This document shows positions 29,501 to 37,298 of a stretch of 64,000 bases of DNA, piece after piece; the first letter of the stretch is position 1, and the number at the start of each line of letters is the position of its first letter. Below the pieces are notes generated by a model, which was not told the origin of the DNA, ran no database searches, and saw only the letters and a program-made list of their open reading frames with translations. Source of the stretch: a virus. Its lineage: Duplodnaviria > Caudoviricetes. Where the stretch lies: positions 32,001-96,000 of IMG/VR virus record IMGVR_UViG_3300038673_000220. One strand, given 5' to 3'. A program made the translations under genes and the position numbers.

Positions 29501-31547
29501 AGCAGTTCTTGACGCTACAAATGAATCGTTTACTTCTTCTATCTTAGCTGAAATCAATATTAACACTGCAAAGGTTGGTATCACTGTTCAGCAGGCTGCT
29601 GATATTGAAGCAAATAATTCTCATCGTTTAACTACGAGTGGTAATCCTCATGCTGTAACCAAAGCTGAAGTAGGTTTGGGTAATGTACCTAACTTAGATT
29701 TCAGTTCTGCTGTTGCTGCTAATACAGCTCACGCTAATACCGTTGCAGGTAATCCGCATCAGGTTACTAAAGCTGAAGTTGGTTTAGGTAATGTACCAAA
29801 TACTGACTTTACAGCTGATGTTGCTCTGAATAACGCTCATAGAACAACTACTACTGGTAATCCTCATCAAGTTACTAAAGCTGAAGTTGGGTTGGGTCTG
29901 GTACCGAATCATGATTTCACTGCTGAGGTTGCTGCCAATACTGCAAAGGTTGGTATCACCACTGAACAAGCTGCCGATATCGTTTCTAACAACGAGCATC
30001 GTGCAATCACCAGCGGTAATCCTCACGCTGTAACAAAAGAAGAAGTTGGTTTAGGTTTAGTACCAAACCACGACTTCACTGATGAAGTTAATGCTAATAC
30101 TGTATTGGCTCATAGTCATGCAAATAAACCTATTCTTGATGCTACAACCTCAGCCTTCACTACTGAACAAGCTGATGAAATCGTAGCATGTCATTCACAT
30201 CGTATTGATACAAGCACTAATCCTCACGGTATCACCCCGATCATGATCGGCGCTGAAACTCCAGAAGGTGCTCAAACTAAAGCTGACACTGCTGAGCATA
30301 ATGCTAATCTGTATACTGATAGCTTTGTTCTTCAATCTCCGAATTCTTTGTTATTTGAAGCTGCATTGAGAAACTCCTTGGCACTTGATAAGGGTGTTGG
30401 TATGATCAACTTCTCAAGAGCCTCTGTTGCAAATCATCTTGATCGTTACGGTATCGTTCGTGCTTCTGAAGCAAACGTTCCTCGTTTTAATAAAGATGGT
30501 TTGTTGATTGAAGGTCGGAGTACTAACTACTTTGTTGGATCTAAAGATGCTAACGTTTTTGATAAAACAAATTGTCGTGTTGAACTCAATAAACAATACG
30601 ATGCATCTTTTGAAGCTACTGTTGATATCATTTCGATCGATGTTCCTGCAACTGATTGGAAACTTTCAAAAGTTATCACTGACATGTATCTTGAAGAAGG
30701 TAAATACGTTACATTCAGTGTTCGTTTAAAATCTATCACTGATACCCAAGTTGAACTTGCTATTCAAGATTCTGCAGGTATCAACGTTGGGGATTTCGGT
30801 GGAACTAAAGTTATCACTCTGAATGAGTATCTGACTCGTTATGATTTCACTATATTCGTTGAAAACGCAACAACTGGTCATCCCGTTGTCGAGGTTCGTG
30901 GTTTAACGAAAACTGAAGGTGAAAGCTTCGGTATCGTCGATATGCAAGTTGAGCCTTTACCGTTCGTATCGAGTGTTATCGAAACTGTTGATGCGCCAGT
31001 TACTCGTGAACCTGATCGTGTTTATATTCCTTATGTTGAGAACTATCCTGGAAGCTTAGTTGATAAAACCATCAGCTTTGATGTAAATGTTATCGGTACT
31101 ACTGAAGATGTTCATCGTTGTTTCTGTTCTGGCGATCTTCAGATGTATATTGGTAACGGTACTCCTGGAAATCATATGACTCGTGTTGGTATGTCTTCTG
31201 GTGAAGAGACTGAATGGGTTGAGAAGATCGGTAAGTTCCGATTCGGTATCACCTATGATGCTACTTTACAGGAATTGAAGATGTTCCATGATGGTGAGAA
31301 AGTTGCAACGAAAACTAATGTAACTAAGGCTGATCCGCCTTTGGTTGATTCAACTTCTTATGATCAATTCCTTGCTGAAGTTTATCCAACTCTTGATCCT
31401 TCTTCTTATGGGTTAGCTATCTTACAGATCCCGCTTGATGTAATGCAAGCTACCATCCGTTTCGATACTGGTAATCCTTTTATGACTATCTCTAATATCA
31501 GGATCACTGACAAAGTGTTGACTGAGAAACAAATGCTTACTTTCTAA
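23508..31547 (+). CDS. Giant modular virion fibre protein (2679 aa)
   Basis: About 28 NPHxVTKAEVGL (phage tail repeat-like) modules, six knob units and a C-terminal GLLIEG.STN / QVE..PF.SS.I.T...PVTR domain seen in phage fibres. Confidence 0.85.
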   Translation: MQPNIPIQYSTLREYIEAISGAQVTTLTQTVDANYATMMGLVNDLQTSIADIESLNANISANPDVVLNTSHRLTIAGNPHHVTKAEVGLSEVPNYDFTAEVQINNAKVGITQAQADAIIINSAKVGITVQQAADIISNNDHRAIVSGNPHQVTKAEVGLGNVPNIDCTNASNITSGILPTSVLPPLAITDTYSVANEAEQLALTVQKGDIAVRTDLSRSYINQTGGNEAMTDWQELMTPTDLVLSVNGYTGTIQLVTTDIPEGTNFYYTEARVSNNIDVATNTANRHTHGNKAILDATTASFTTEISNTIDLNSAHRETTVGNPHQVTKADVGLSNVPNHDFTDEVAANTAKVGITPEQAADIVAANVHRTTTSGNPHAVTKAEVGLGNVPNTDFTADVLANNAHRAIITGNPHQVTKAEVGLSNVPNHDFTAEVDANTAKVGITPEQADAIVANTAKVGITPEQAASIVASDAHIATVTGNPHQVTKAEVGLSEVPNVDCTNASNITTGTLPTSVLPALAISETFVVADETAQLALTVQKGDVAVRTDEGKSYINATGDNTAMTDWQELLTPTDTILSVNGQTGNVILTTTNIAEGTNLYYTEARVSANVDVALNTANRHNHTNKSILDGTEESFTTVLKNNILTNNDKVGITTEQADAIVANTAKVGITPQQTADIISNNTHRAIVSGNPHQVTKAEVGLGLVPNHDFTDEVDANTAHKNTITGNPHQVTKAEVGLGNVPNTDFTGDIAASNAHIATITGNPHQVTKAEVGLGLVPNHDFTAEVDANTAKVGITPEQAAAIVANTAHAAIVTGNPHQVTKAEVGLGNVLNIDTTNATNITSGMLPSSVLPPIAITDTYSVASEAEQLALDIQRGDIAVRTDINRSYINKLGVNEAMSDWQELLTPIDSVLSVNGFTGAVVLTTSSISEGTNLYYTEDRVINNVDVATNTANRHNHGNKAILDGTTASFTTEISNTIDLNSAHRSTITGNPHQVTKAEVGLSDVPNHDFTAEVAANTAKVGITPEQAASIVDANTHIATVTGNPHAVTKAEVGLGLVPNHDFTDEVNAATTHIATVTGNPHQVTKAEVGLSEVPNHDFTAEVAANTAKVGITQEQADAIVANTAKVGITVEQAASIVASDAHIATVTGNPHQVTKAEVGLSEVPNVDCTNASNITTGTLPTSVLPALAISETYVVADETEQLALTVQKGDIAVRSDLNRSYINSTGDNTAMTDWQELLTPTDTILTVNGQVGTVVLTTTNIEEGTNLYYTEARVSANADVAANTANRHNHANKAILDGTEESFTTVLRNNILTNNDKVGITTEQADAIVANTAKVGITAQQAADIVSNNTHRAIVTGNPHQVTKTEVGLSEVPNHDFTAEVNANTAHRGILEGNPHQVTKAEVGLSEVPNHDFTAEMLIALTHVETITGNPHQVTKAEVGLGSVPNHDFTAEVAANTAKVGITPEQAAAIVANTTHAAIVAGNPHHVTKAEVGLSEVPNVDCTNASNITTGTLPSSVLPAIAITETFVVSNELEQLSLDVQEGDIAVRSDLNRTFINITGTNNAMTDWQELATPTDTILSVNGQTGTVVLTTTNIDEGTNLYYTEARVSNNVDVAANTANRHNHANKAILDATTASYTTADVDTLAAADAHRLTTTGNPHQVTKAEVGLGNVPNLDFTLDIAASNAHIATVTGNPHQVTKAEVGLGLVPNHDFTAEVDANTAKVGITPEQAAAIVANSAKVGITPEQASDITSNNNHRLTVTGNPHNVTKAEVGLGSVPNHDFTAEVAANTAKVGITTQQAADIISNNEHRAIISGNPHQVTKAEVGLSDVPNHDFTAEVNANTAHTAIVAGNPHQVTKAEVGLGNVPNVDCTNASNITTGTLPSSVLPPLAITDTFVVADEAAQLALVVQKGDVAVRTDEGRSYINSTGDNTAMTDWQELLTPTDTILSVNGQTGTVVLTTTNVAEGTNLYYTEARVSANADVTLNTANRHNHTNKAVLDATNESFTSSILAEININTAKVGITVQQAADIEANNSHRLTTSGNPHAVTKAEVGLGNVPNLDFSSAVAANTAHANTVAGNPHQVTKAEVGLGNVPNTDFTADVALNNAHRTTTTGNPHQVTKAEVGLGLVPNHDFTAEVAANTAKVGITTEQAADIVSNNEHRAITSGNPHAVTKEEVGLGLVPNHDFTDEVNANTVLAHSHANKPILDATTSAFTTEQADEIVACHSHRIDTSTNPHGITPIMIGAETPEGAQTKADTAEHNANLYTDSFVLQSPNSLLFEAALRNSLALDKGVGMINFSRASVANHLDRYGIVRASEANVPRFNKDGLLIEGRSTNYFVGSKDANVFDKTNCRVELNKQYDASFEATVDIISIDVPATDWKLSKVITDMYLEEGKYVTFSVRLKSITDTQVELAIQDSAGINVGDFGGTKVITLNEYLTRYDFTIFVENATTGHPVVEVRGLTKTEGESFGIVDMQVEPLPFVSSVIETVDAPVTREPDRVYIPYVENYPGSLVDKTISFDVNVIGTTEDVHRCFCSGDLQMYIGNGTPGNHMTRVGMSSGEETEWVEKIGKFRFGITYDATLQELKMFHDGEKVATKTNVTKADPPLVDSTSYDQFLAEVYPTLDPSSYGLAILQIPLDVMQATIRFDTGNPFMTISNIRITDKVLTEKQMLTF
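23700..30250 (+). repeat. Hierarchical coding repeat: 108-nt and 51-nt modules inside 1002-nt super-repeats
   Basis: DWQ-encoding GATTGGCA at 24201, 25203, 26205, 27207, 28209 and 29319. Boundaries approximate. Confidence 0.9.
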
Positions 31548-31569
31548 TACGTGATTTAAACTAGCAAAT

Positions 31570-31612
31570 AAAATCCACACAGGCACCTTGATTGGTGCCT
31601 GTGTGGATTTTT
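31570..31612 (+). terminator. Intrinsic terminator, 18-bp stem
   Basis: AAAATCCACACAGGCACC-N6-GGTGCCTGTGTGGATTTT. Confidence 0.9.
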
Positions 31613-31614
31613 AA

Positions 31615-31625
31615 ATATATATTAT
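31615..31625 (+). promoter_or_regulatory. Phage promoter-like motif ATATATATTAT
   Basis: Exact motif directly after a terminator. Confidence 0.65.
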
Positions 31626-31669
31626 TATACAGAATGATGTATATAATAGAACTTTCAAGGAGATATCCA

Positions 31670-32065
31670 ATGAGTATTGGTGAAATAGTAAAAGTAATGA
31701 CCGAGGATATGGTTGCAAATAATTGAGTGTGTATGGAGTTAGAAGATTTTGCATATACTACTTTTCATCATAAACCTAATAATACAGAGATATTAGTATA
31801 TTGTGGTGTAAAATACAAATCAGAATCTGAAATCGATAACTTATTCGCTGGAATAATACATACTTTGGTTGTTCATATAATCAAAAACGATTATCCTGAA
31901 GGTATTAATGTAAATAATTGGGTCAAATTCGAAAAGGTTCCAAATACTGATAAAGATCATGTTATGTATCGACAATATTTTAACGATCCTACGTTTGATA
32001 ACTTCATTACTTATAAATTAGAAGATGAATCATTTCGAATGTTATCAAATAACGATATTAATTAA
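31670..32065 (+). pseudogene. DUF4262-like gene interrupted by an in-frame TGA at 31724-31726 (nonsense allele, readthrough or sequencing error)
   Basis: SD AAGGAG plus ATG 31670 is in frame with ORF 31727. FAYT...EILV..G resembles ORF 32469. Confidence 0.55.
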
Positions 32066-32072
32066 GTTATAA

Positions 32073-32456
32073 ATGATAAAAGATGAGGTCCTTATCATGG
32101 AAATACTTACAATATCTGGCAACAATGAAGTTGATATAAAAATAACTTCTGGAGAAAACGATATATCAAGCGATGACTCATTTGAAGAAACACTTCGTAC
32201 TATTATCGAAACTCAGAAACCAACTATTAAATTTATCAACATATCTATAGATAAAAACGCTATGATGTGTTTTTGTTTATCGGAGGGTTTCGATACAAAA
32301 AGTGTTCATGATTTTGAGGTATGTTTAATGATGGGAGATAGATTCTATAGAACGATTACCGACCTTAAGAAAAAGATCAAAGAGGATCGTAATATAGTTT
32401 TGAGTGTTACTATCGACATTCCACATGGATTAAATCCAATTAGAAAATTAAATTGA
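32073..32456 (+). CDS. Hypothetical protein
   Basis: ORF in the operon; SD GAGG may favour ATG 32097. Confidence 0.7.
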   Translation: MIKDEVLIMEILTISGNNEVDIKITSGENDISSDDSFEETLRTIIETQKPTIKFINISIDKNAMMCFCLSEGFDTKSVHDFEVCLMMGDRFYRTITDLKKKIKEDRNIVLSVTIDIPHGLNPIRKLN

Positions 32457-32468
32457 GAGGATATCACA

Positions 32469-32963
32469 ATGGCTATTGAAGAAATCACTAATATGACTTT
32501 TCTTGATAAAATAAAGAGCTGCATCAAGAAATATAAATGCATGATAATGGCTGTTAACCATAATACATGTGACAAAGATGATATCAAGGATAACTATGAT
32601 AAGATCAATGATGCTTTTGTTTACTCAATTGGTCGTAAAGAATTTGGTCATCCAGATATTTTGATATTATGTGGTTCAGATAAAGAGAATCCTATCTCAT
32701 CTGATCAATTGAGTAAACGCTTTAATTACGCATTACAAGCATTAATAGTTTTAATGGAAGAATGGGATGATAACCCTGTTAAACCTGGGCACACCTTTGG
32801 TGGTAAAGATACTATCATAATCAAATTCATTTCAAGAGAATATGAGGATTATGATGATTTTATCGAATGTTGTAAAGAGGATATTGCCATCCAAGCTGGT
32901 AACTATTATGGTACCTACGATTATGAATTGATTGTAGGTGTTTTTGTACAAGATATAGAGTAG
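32469..32963 (+). CDS. DUF4262-like protein
   Basis: FVYSIG...FGHPDILILCG motif. Confidence 0.6.
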   Translation: MAIEEITNMTFLDKIKSCIKKYKCMIMAVNHNTCDKDDIKDNYDKINDAFVYSIGRKEFGHPDILILCGSDKENPISSDQLSKRFNYALQALIVLMEEWDDNPVKPGHTFGGKDTIIIKFISREYEDYDDFIECCKEDIAIQAGNYYGTYDYELIVGVFVQDIE

Positions 32964-33088
32964 CTGTATAGTTATACAGCCACGTCTTCTATAGGTCGAA
33001 TCATCTGATTTATTTCAAGCGATGCGGTGATCTGAGAAGGTAAAAATGGAAACGAATGGAATCATTCATAATTTAGGAGAATCTTATC

Positions 33089-33892
33089 ATGGACGCAATG
33101 GAAATTTACAAATCTATCAATAGTGATTCGACTGATGAAGAGAAGCTTGAAGCCTGCAAAGCTATCTTGGAAGCTCCTGGTAATAGAGCTTGGACTATCC
33201 GTTTAGCTAAATATTACGGTTGGTGGGATAATAGTGTAGCTGAACCATGTAAAGCTATCTTGGAAGCTCCCGGTGATAAAGCTATGGCTATCAGTTGTGC
33301 TAAATCTGAAGGTTGGTGGAGGGATGAGGTAGCCGAGCCATGTAAAGCTATCTTGAAAGCTGGTGGTGATAGAGCTATTGCCATTTATTGTGCCAAACGA
33401 GATGATTGGTGGAGAGATGAGGTAGCTGAGCCATGCAAAGCTATATTGGAAGCTCCCGGTGATAAAGCTACGGCTATTTGTTGGGCTAAAATTAATGATT
33501 GGTGGAAAGATAGCGTAGCTGAACCATGTAAAGCTATCTTGGAAGCTCCTGGTAATAGAGCTTGGGCTATCTATAATGCTGTTGATGACGGTTGGTGGAA
33601 AGATAGTGTAGCTGAGCCATGCAAAGCTATATTGGAAGCTTCCGGTGATAAAGCGATATCTATCTGTCTTGCCAAATCTGATGGTTGGTGGGATAATAGT
33701 GTAGCTGAACCATGTCAAGCTATCATGGAAGCTTCTGGTGATAGAGCTGTGGCTATCAGTTGTGCTAAATCTGAAGGTTGGTGGAAGGATGAGGTAGCTG
33801 AGCCATGTCAAGCTATCATGGAATCTTCAGGTGATAGAGATATGGCTATTTATTACGCAGTTAGTATTGGGTGGTGGAAAGAATCAAGATAA
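33089..33892 (+). CDS. Helical tandem-repeat protein, 8 x 31 aa
   Basis: Consensus EPCKAILEAPGDxAxAIxxAKxxGWWxDxVA; SD AGGAG. Confidence 0.9.
   Translation: MDAMEIYKSINSDSTDEEKLEACKAILEAPGNRAWTIRLAKYYGWWDNSVAEPCKAILEAPGDKAMAISCAKSEGWWRDEVAEPCKAILKAGGDRAIAIYCAKRDDWWRDEVAEPCKAILEAPGDKATAICWAKINDWWKDSVAEPCKAILEAPGNRAWAIYNAVDDGWWKDSVAEPCKAILEASGDKAISICLAKSDGWWDNSVAEPCQAIMEASGDRAVAISCAKSEGWWKDEVAEPCQAIMESSGDRDMAIYYAVSIGWWKESR
33149..33892 (+). repeat. 93-nt coding tandem repeat x8
   Basis: Direct alignment of units with no indels. Confidence 0.95.
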
Positions 33893-33897
33893 GATAT

Positions 33898-33938
33898 ATT
33901 GAGAAGCTTCCATTTACGGAAGCTTCTCAATTATTTTT
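33898..33938. terminator. Terminator between convergent genes, 14-bp stem
   Basis: ATTGAGAAGCTTCC-N6-GGAAGCTTCTCAAT plus T tract. Confidence 0.85.
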
Positions 33939-35486
33939 TTATTCTTCAGTTGTAAATAATTCTAGATAAGAATTGATGTCAAGAACAAGATAACTTACAT
34001 GATCATAAACAAAGTTCACCCAGTTAAGACCACCAGATTCTATTTTAGCGAATGTTAATATATTAGTTTCACCAGCTGCAACAGACAATGCTTGATTAAG
34101 TTTAACGCTCCATTCGCGAGTATTTGATGTCATTTCTGACCAACCGTTATCAGTTGTTGAGAAGTCTCGATACGTCGGATGAATAGTGAGTAAACTTGAA
34201 TAGAGGTTCGTATCAGCTGGAGCTACACCTACAAAATACTTTTCATAAGCAGCTGTCATGATTTCACGATAAGGATCTGTTGCTCTAGCGATAAGTTCCG
34301 TAACAGTATTTATTTTTTCAATAAGATCAGTGCCTTTGATGATCGATGGATAAATATCAGCATTTGTAAGTTTAGTGATATTATCATAAAAAGGAATGAG
34401 CAAGAAGGCTGAATGATAGAAGATATCAGGTAAGATGATTTCCCAAATAGCCCTTGAACCGACACCACTATTAAGAAGGTATTCGGCAATAGCGTTTCGA
34501 GCCTCAAGTGAATCAGGACAACGTCCACGATAAATCAAACTAAATACAGCCATGTAAGTATTACCGTTATAGATATAACGTGTTTCGAATAAGTACATAC
34601 CTGTCTGATCACGATTAGTAAGCTCTGGTTGGAGAAGAGAATCTGACCATTTCTTACTGAGTATAGCTGAGTTGATAGGATCTGTCAATCCTGAAGGGTT
34701 GAGTAATGTTTGTAAATCTAATGGTGGAACTATGTTGATAATAGTTGATTCAGGATATTCTGACTTAAAGAGTGACTTATTGAACCAGATCTTGAATTCA
34801 ACAACAACGCTATTGATGATGAATTTGAACGAGAAATACCCTGGAACGAGTCGGTGTATGTTGACACCACCATAAACCATAACGACTGATTTCGCAGAAG
34901 ATACTTTGATAGAGTTCGTTACGTATCCGAGGAAATTCGTTGGATCATTCACCAAGACACTATTGATATCTGATAATGAATCAGAAGCAATCGTACCGTA
35001 AGATAGGTACTCAATAACGTTAAAGACACGTTGTTGCTCTAATGATGAGATCGTTTCGAGCGCTGATTTTTCATCATCTGATAATTTAGCATAATCAAGA
35101 GTGAATTTTATTTCACGAGTATTTGATATACTCACATAACCTTCAGGGAGAGAATCGTTGATAAAATCAAGATTATCTAGATCTGGGTATTGTGCAAGAG
35201 TAACTGTTTCTGAAGGTTCAATTAAAAGATGAGCTAATCCTTTTTGATATACATTAGTTATTGTATCAAGGAATATGAGGGTGTCGTCAATTTCTGCAAT
35301 AGCTTCTTGACGAAAAAGGATAGGTAATCTTGATGCACGTAAATCACCTAACTCAGTAGGTTGTATAAAAAATTCGATCGTGTCTCGATCAAGATAACCG
35401 CACGGAATAGCTAGTTTCTCAAGATTCACAAACCTACTTGCGCTATCGATGAGAGATCTATCTGAGAGAAATCCCTGAATAGACAT
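33939..35486 (-). CDS. Putative phiKZ-like virion structural protein
   Basis: Long ORF divergent from a structural operon; W..ILPDIF....F..IP.Y resembles phiKZ-family virion proteins. SD GGAGG favours the MSIQG start. Confidence 0.55.
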   Translation of the reverse strand: MSIQGFLSDRSLIDSASRFVNLEKLAIPCGYLDRDTIEFFIQPTELGDLRASRLPILFRQEAIAEIDDTLIFLDTITNVYQKGLAHLLIEPSETVTLAQYPDLDNLDFINDSLPEGYVSISNTREIKFTLDYAKLSDDEKSALETISSLEQQRVFNVIEYLSYGTIASDSLSDINSVLVNDPTNFLGYVTNSIKVSSAKSVVMVYGGVNIHRLVPGYFSFKFIINSVVVEFKIWFNKSLFKSEYPESTIINIVPPLDLQTLLNPSGLTDPINSAILSKKWSDSLLQPELTNRDQTGMYLFETRYIYNGNTYMAVFSLIYRGRCPDSLEARNAIAEYLLNSGVGSRAIWEIILPDIFYHSAFLLIPFYDNITKLTNADIYPSIIKGTDLIEKINTVTELIARATDPYREIMTAAYEKYFVGVAPADTNLYSSLLTIHPTYRDFSTTDNGWSEMTSNTREWSVKLNQALSVAAGETNILTFAKIESGGLNWVNFVYDHVSYLVLDINSYLELFTTEE

Positions 35487-35648
35487 AAAAACCTCCAACA
35501 GAATTTATAATAAAAGTAATATAACCTAATGTCGATCTTAAAGTCATATAATTGTGAGAATGAGATACCTTTTTAATATAATGTTATTTCAAGTACCGAT
35601 TCTATGAAATTACGTGGGTATTTATCCTAATTAAGGAGGATCCAGCAT

Positions 35649-37289
35649 ATGCCTGTAATAGACTCCATGGCGACTGAAGTTACAAAGCAATGTATTGAAG
35701 TCATATCTGAACAAATAGTTAATCGTATTATTAATTATCTAGGATTCAGTAATCTGTTTTTGTTTAATGACAATCTTTTCATAAGTTCTGATGATTTACA
35801 ATCATCCAATTTTGACGACAGTTCGGATAATATCAGATCTCAGAATAATAGGTGTGATGTTAAAATCGTACCTGGTTATAGTCCGTTTGAAACTAAATTC
35901 GACATAGTAAGTGGGAGAGGTCTTGATTCAGCTATTCAGATGAAACGATGGAATATTGGAGAGTATCCAGTATTCAGTGATAAACGCTCAAGTGTTTATG
36001 TTGTTGAAGTTGGATTGCCTTCAATGATTGAACTCCAATTCGAGGTTAAACTGAAATCGATAGAATTATCAGATACCTTCCACAATGCTTTATTTTCAAG
36101 AGCTTTAACAAATGGTGGAATGACTGATTATAACGACATCCAATTTTCTTATGGTTTGTCAGATAAGCTTATCTTATTCTTATATAAGATATTCAAGATG
36201 CAAGATGATCTTCTAAATGAAATGACATTCAAAGATTATCTTACTATTGGAAGTAACAGCGCTATCACTCCGATGACTAATCGGTTCAAACCTGATCAGG
36301 ATATCGAGCTTGTTATACAGAGAACTAATTCTAAAGTGATTGGTCGTTTGGAATACAGTGGTGATAAACATGAAACTGAATATTACAATAAAGTATCGAA
36401 CAGGTATGTTATCAGTTTTTCGTATTTTATCCAGTATACAAAACCTGTTTTATTAAGAACTGCTTACCCTATCATGATTTACAATAAGATCATTGATAAG
36501 CAGTATATTGGAAAGAATATTCAGAATATGTCAGATGGGGAATCAAAACAATATTTTCAAGAAGTTGCTTTAAACAATTACTTTTTACGTCAAAACGATT
36601 CGAGTATCAAACTCGAGGATTCTTATCCTTTAGTGAGGTATCCGTTTTTTGATGACTGGCAACGATCTCCAGCTATGTATTCTAATATCAATACGAAATA
36701 TCAACTTTTATTCATTGGTTTATTGAGCGTTGATATTAACCCTGATGACAGCTCTCTTTCTTTATCAGTTGATTTAGAGAATGAAGTATTTCCAATGCTT
36801 AATCAAAAGGCTGTTGATGAAATCAAATACGTTATCAATAACTTTGAACTCGATGAAAATGCCTTTTCTACAAAAGATGATATTTACAGAAGATTGGGTA
36901 TATTTGATATAGCACTCTTTTGTAATGACTCATTAGTTGTTTATGATAAATTAAGTTTATCTTCAGAGTACCTTCTTTCAGTAACTGGAGATCTTGATCT
37001 ATCAAAACAGTATCGGTTAGTTATTTCTCAAATCAAAGATATCAGTATCTTAAATAGACAATATGTCTATTACATGTTGAGTCATCCTGATTATTATACT
37101 GATTTCTTAGCAGCTCATATGGATTTCTTAGTAACGAATGGATATGTTAAGATCATTACGGATCTTTTCACGAAACAAGTTACAGCGGTTCCAGAACTTC
37201 GGATGGTTCAAGATGATCCGTGGGTTCTTACTCCAAACAGAGCTATCACTATCAATAACTATATCGTTGAAGTTCGACGACAAAGATAA
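35649..37289 (+). CDS. Putative phiKZ-like virion structural protein
   Basis: TAAGGAGG SD; YPIM.YN and P.FDDW motifs; context. Confidence 0.55.
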   Translation: MPVIDSMATEVTKQCIEVISEQIVNRIINYLGFSNLFLFNDNLFISSDDLQSSNFDDSSDNIRSQNNRCDVKIVPGYSPFETKFDIVSGRGLDSAIQMKRWNIGEYPVFSDKRSSVYVVEVGLPSMIELQFEVKLKSIELSDTFHNALFSRALTNGGMTDYNDIQFSYGLSDKLILFLYKIFKMQDDLLNEMTFKDYLTIGSNSAITPMTNRFKPDQDIELVIQRTNSKVIGRLEYSGDKHETEYYNKVSNRYVISFSYFIQYTKPVLLRTAYPIMIYNKIIDKQYIGKNIQNMSDGESKQYFQEVALNNYFLRQNDSSIKLEDSYPLVRYPFFDDWQRSPAMYSNINTKYQLLFIGLLSVDINPDDSSLSLSVDLENEVFPMLNQKAVDEIKYVINNFELDENAFSTKDDIYRRLGIFDIALFCNDSLVVYDKLSLSSEYLLSVTGDLDLSKQYRLVISQIKDISILNRQYVYYMLSHPDYYTDFLAAHMDFLVTNGYVKIITDLFTKQVTAVPELRMVQDDPWVLTPNRAITINNYIVEVRRQR

Positions 37290-37298
37290 GGAGATGTC

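Noticed and set aside
23957-30739. Many short alternative-frame ORFs inside the fibre gene
   Set aside because: By-products of the repeats and codon bias.
33149-33892. 93-nt repeats as a CRISPR array or DGR variable region; 202-aa antisense ORF
   Set aside because: Repeats are in-frame coding units with synonymous changes and no spacers. Variation is not adenine-specific and there is no reverse transcriptase in the window. The antisense ORF is a shadow.
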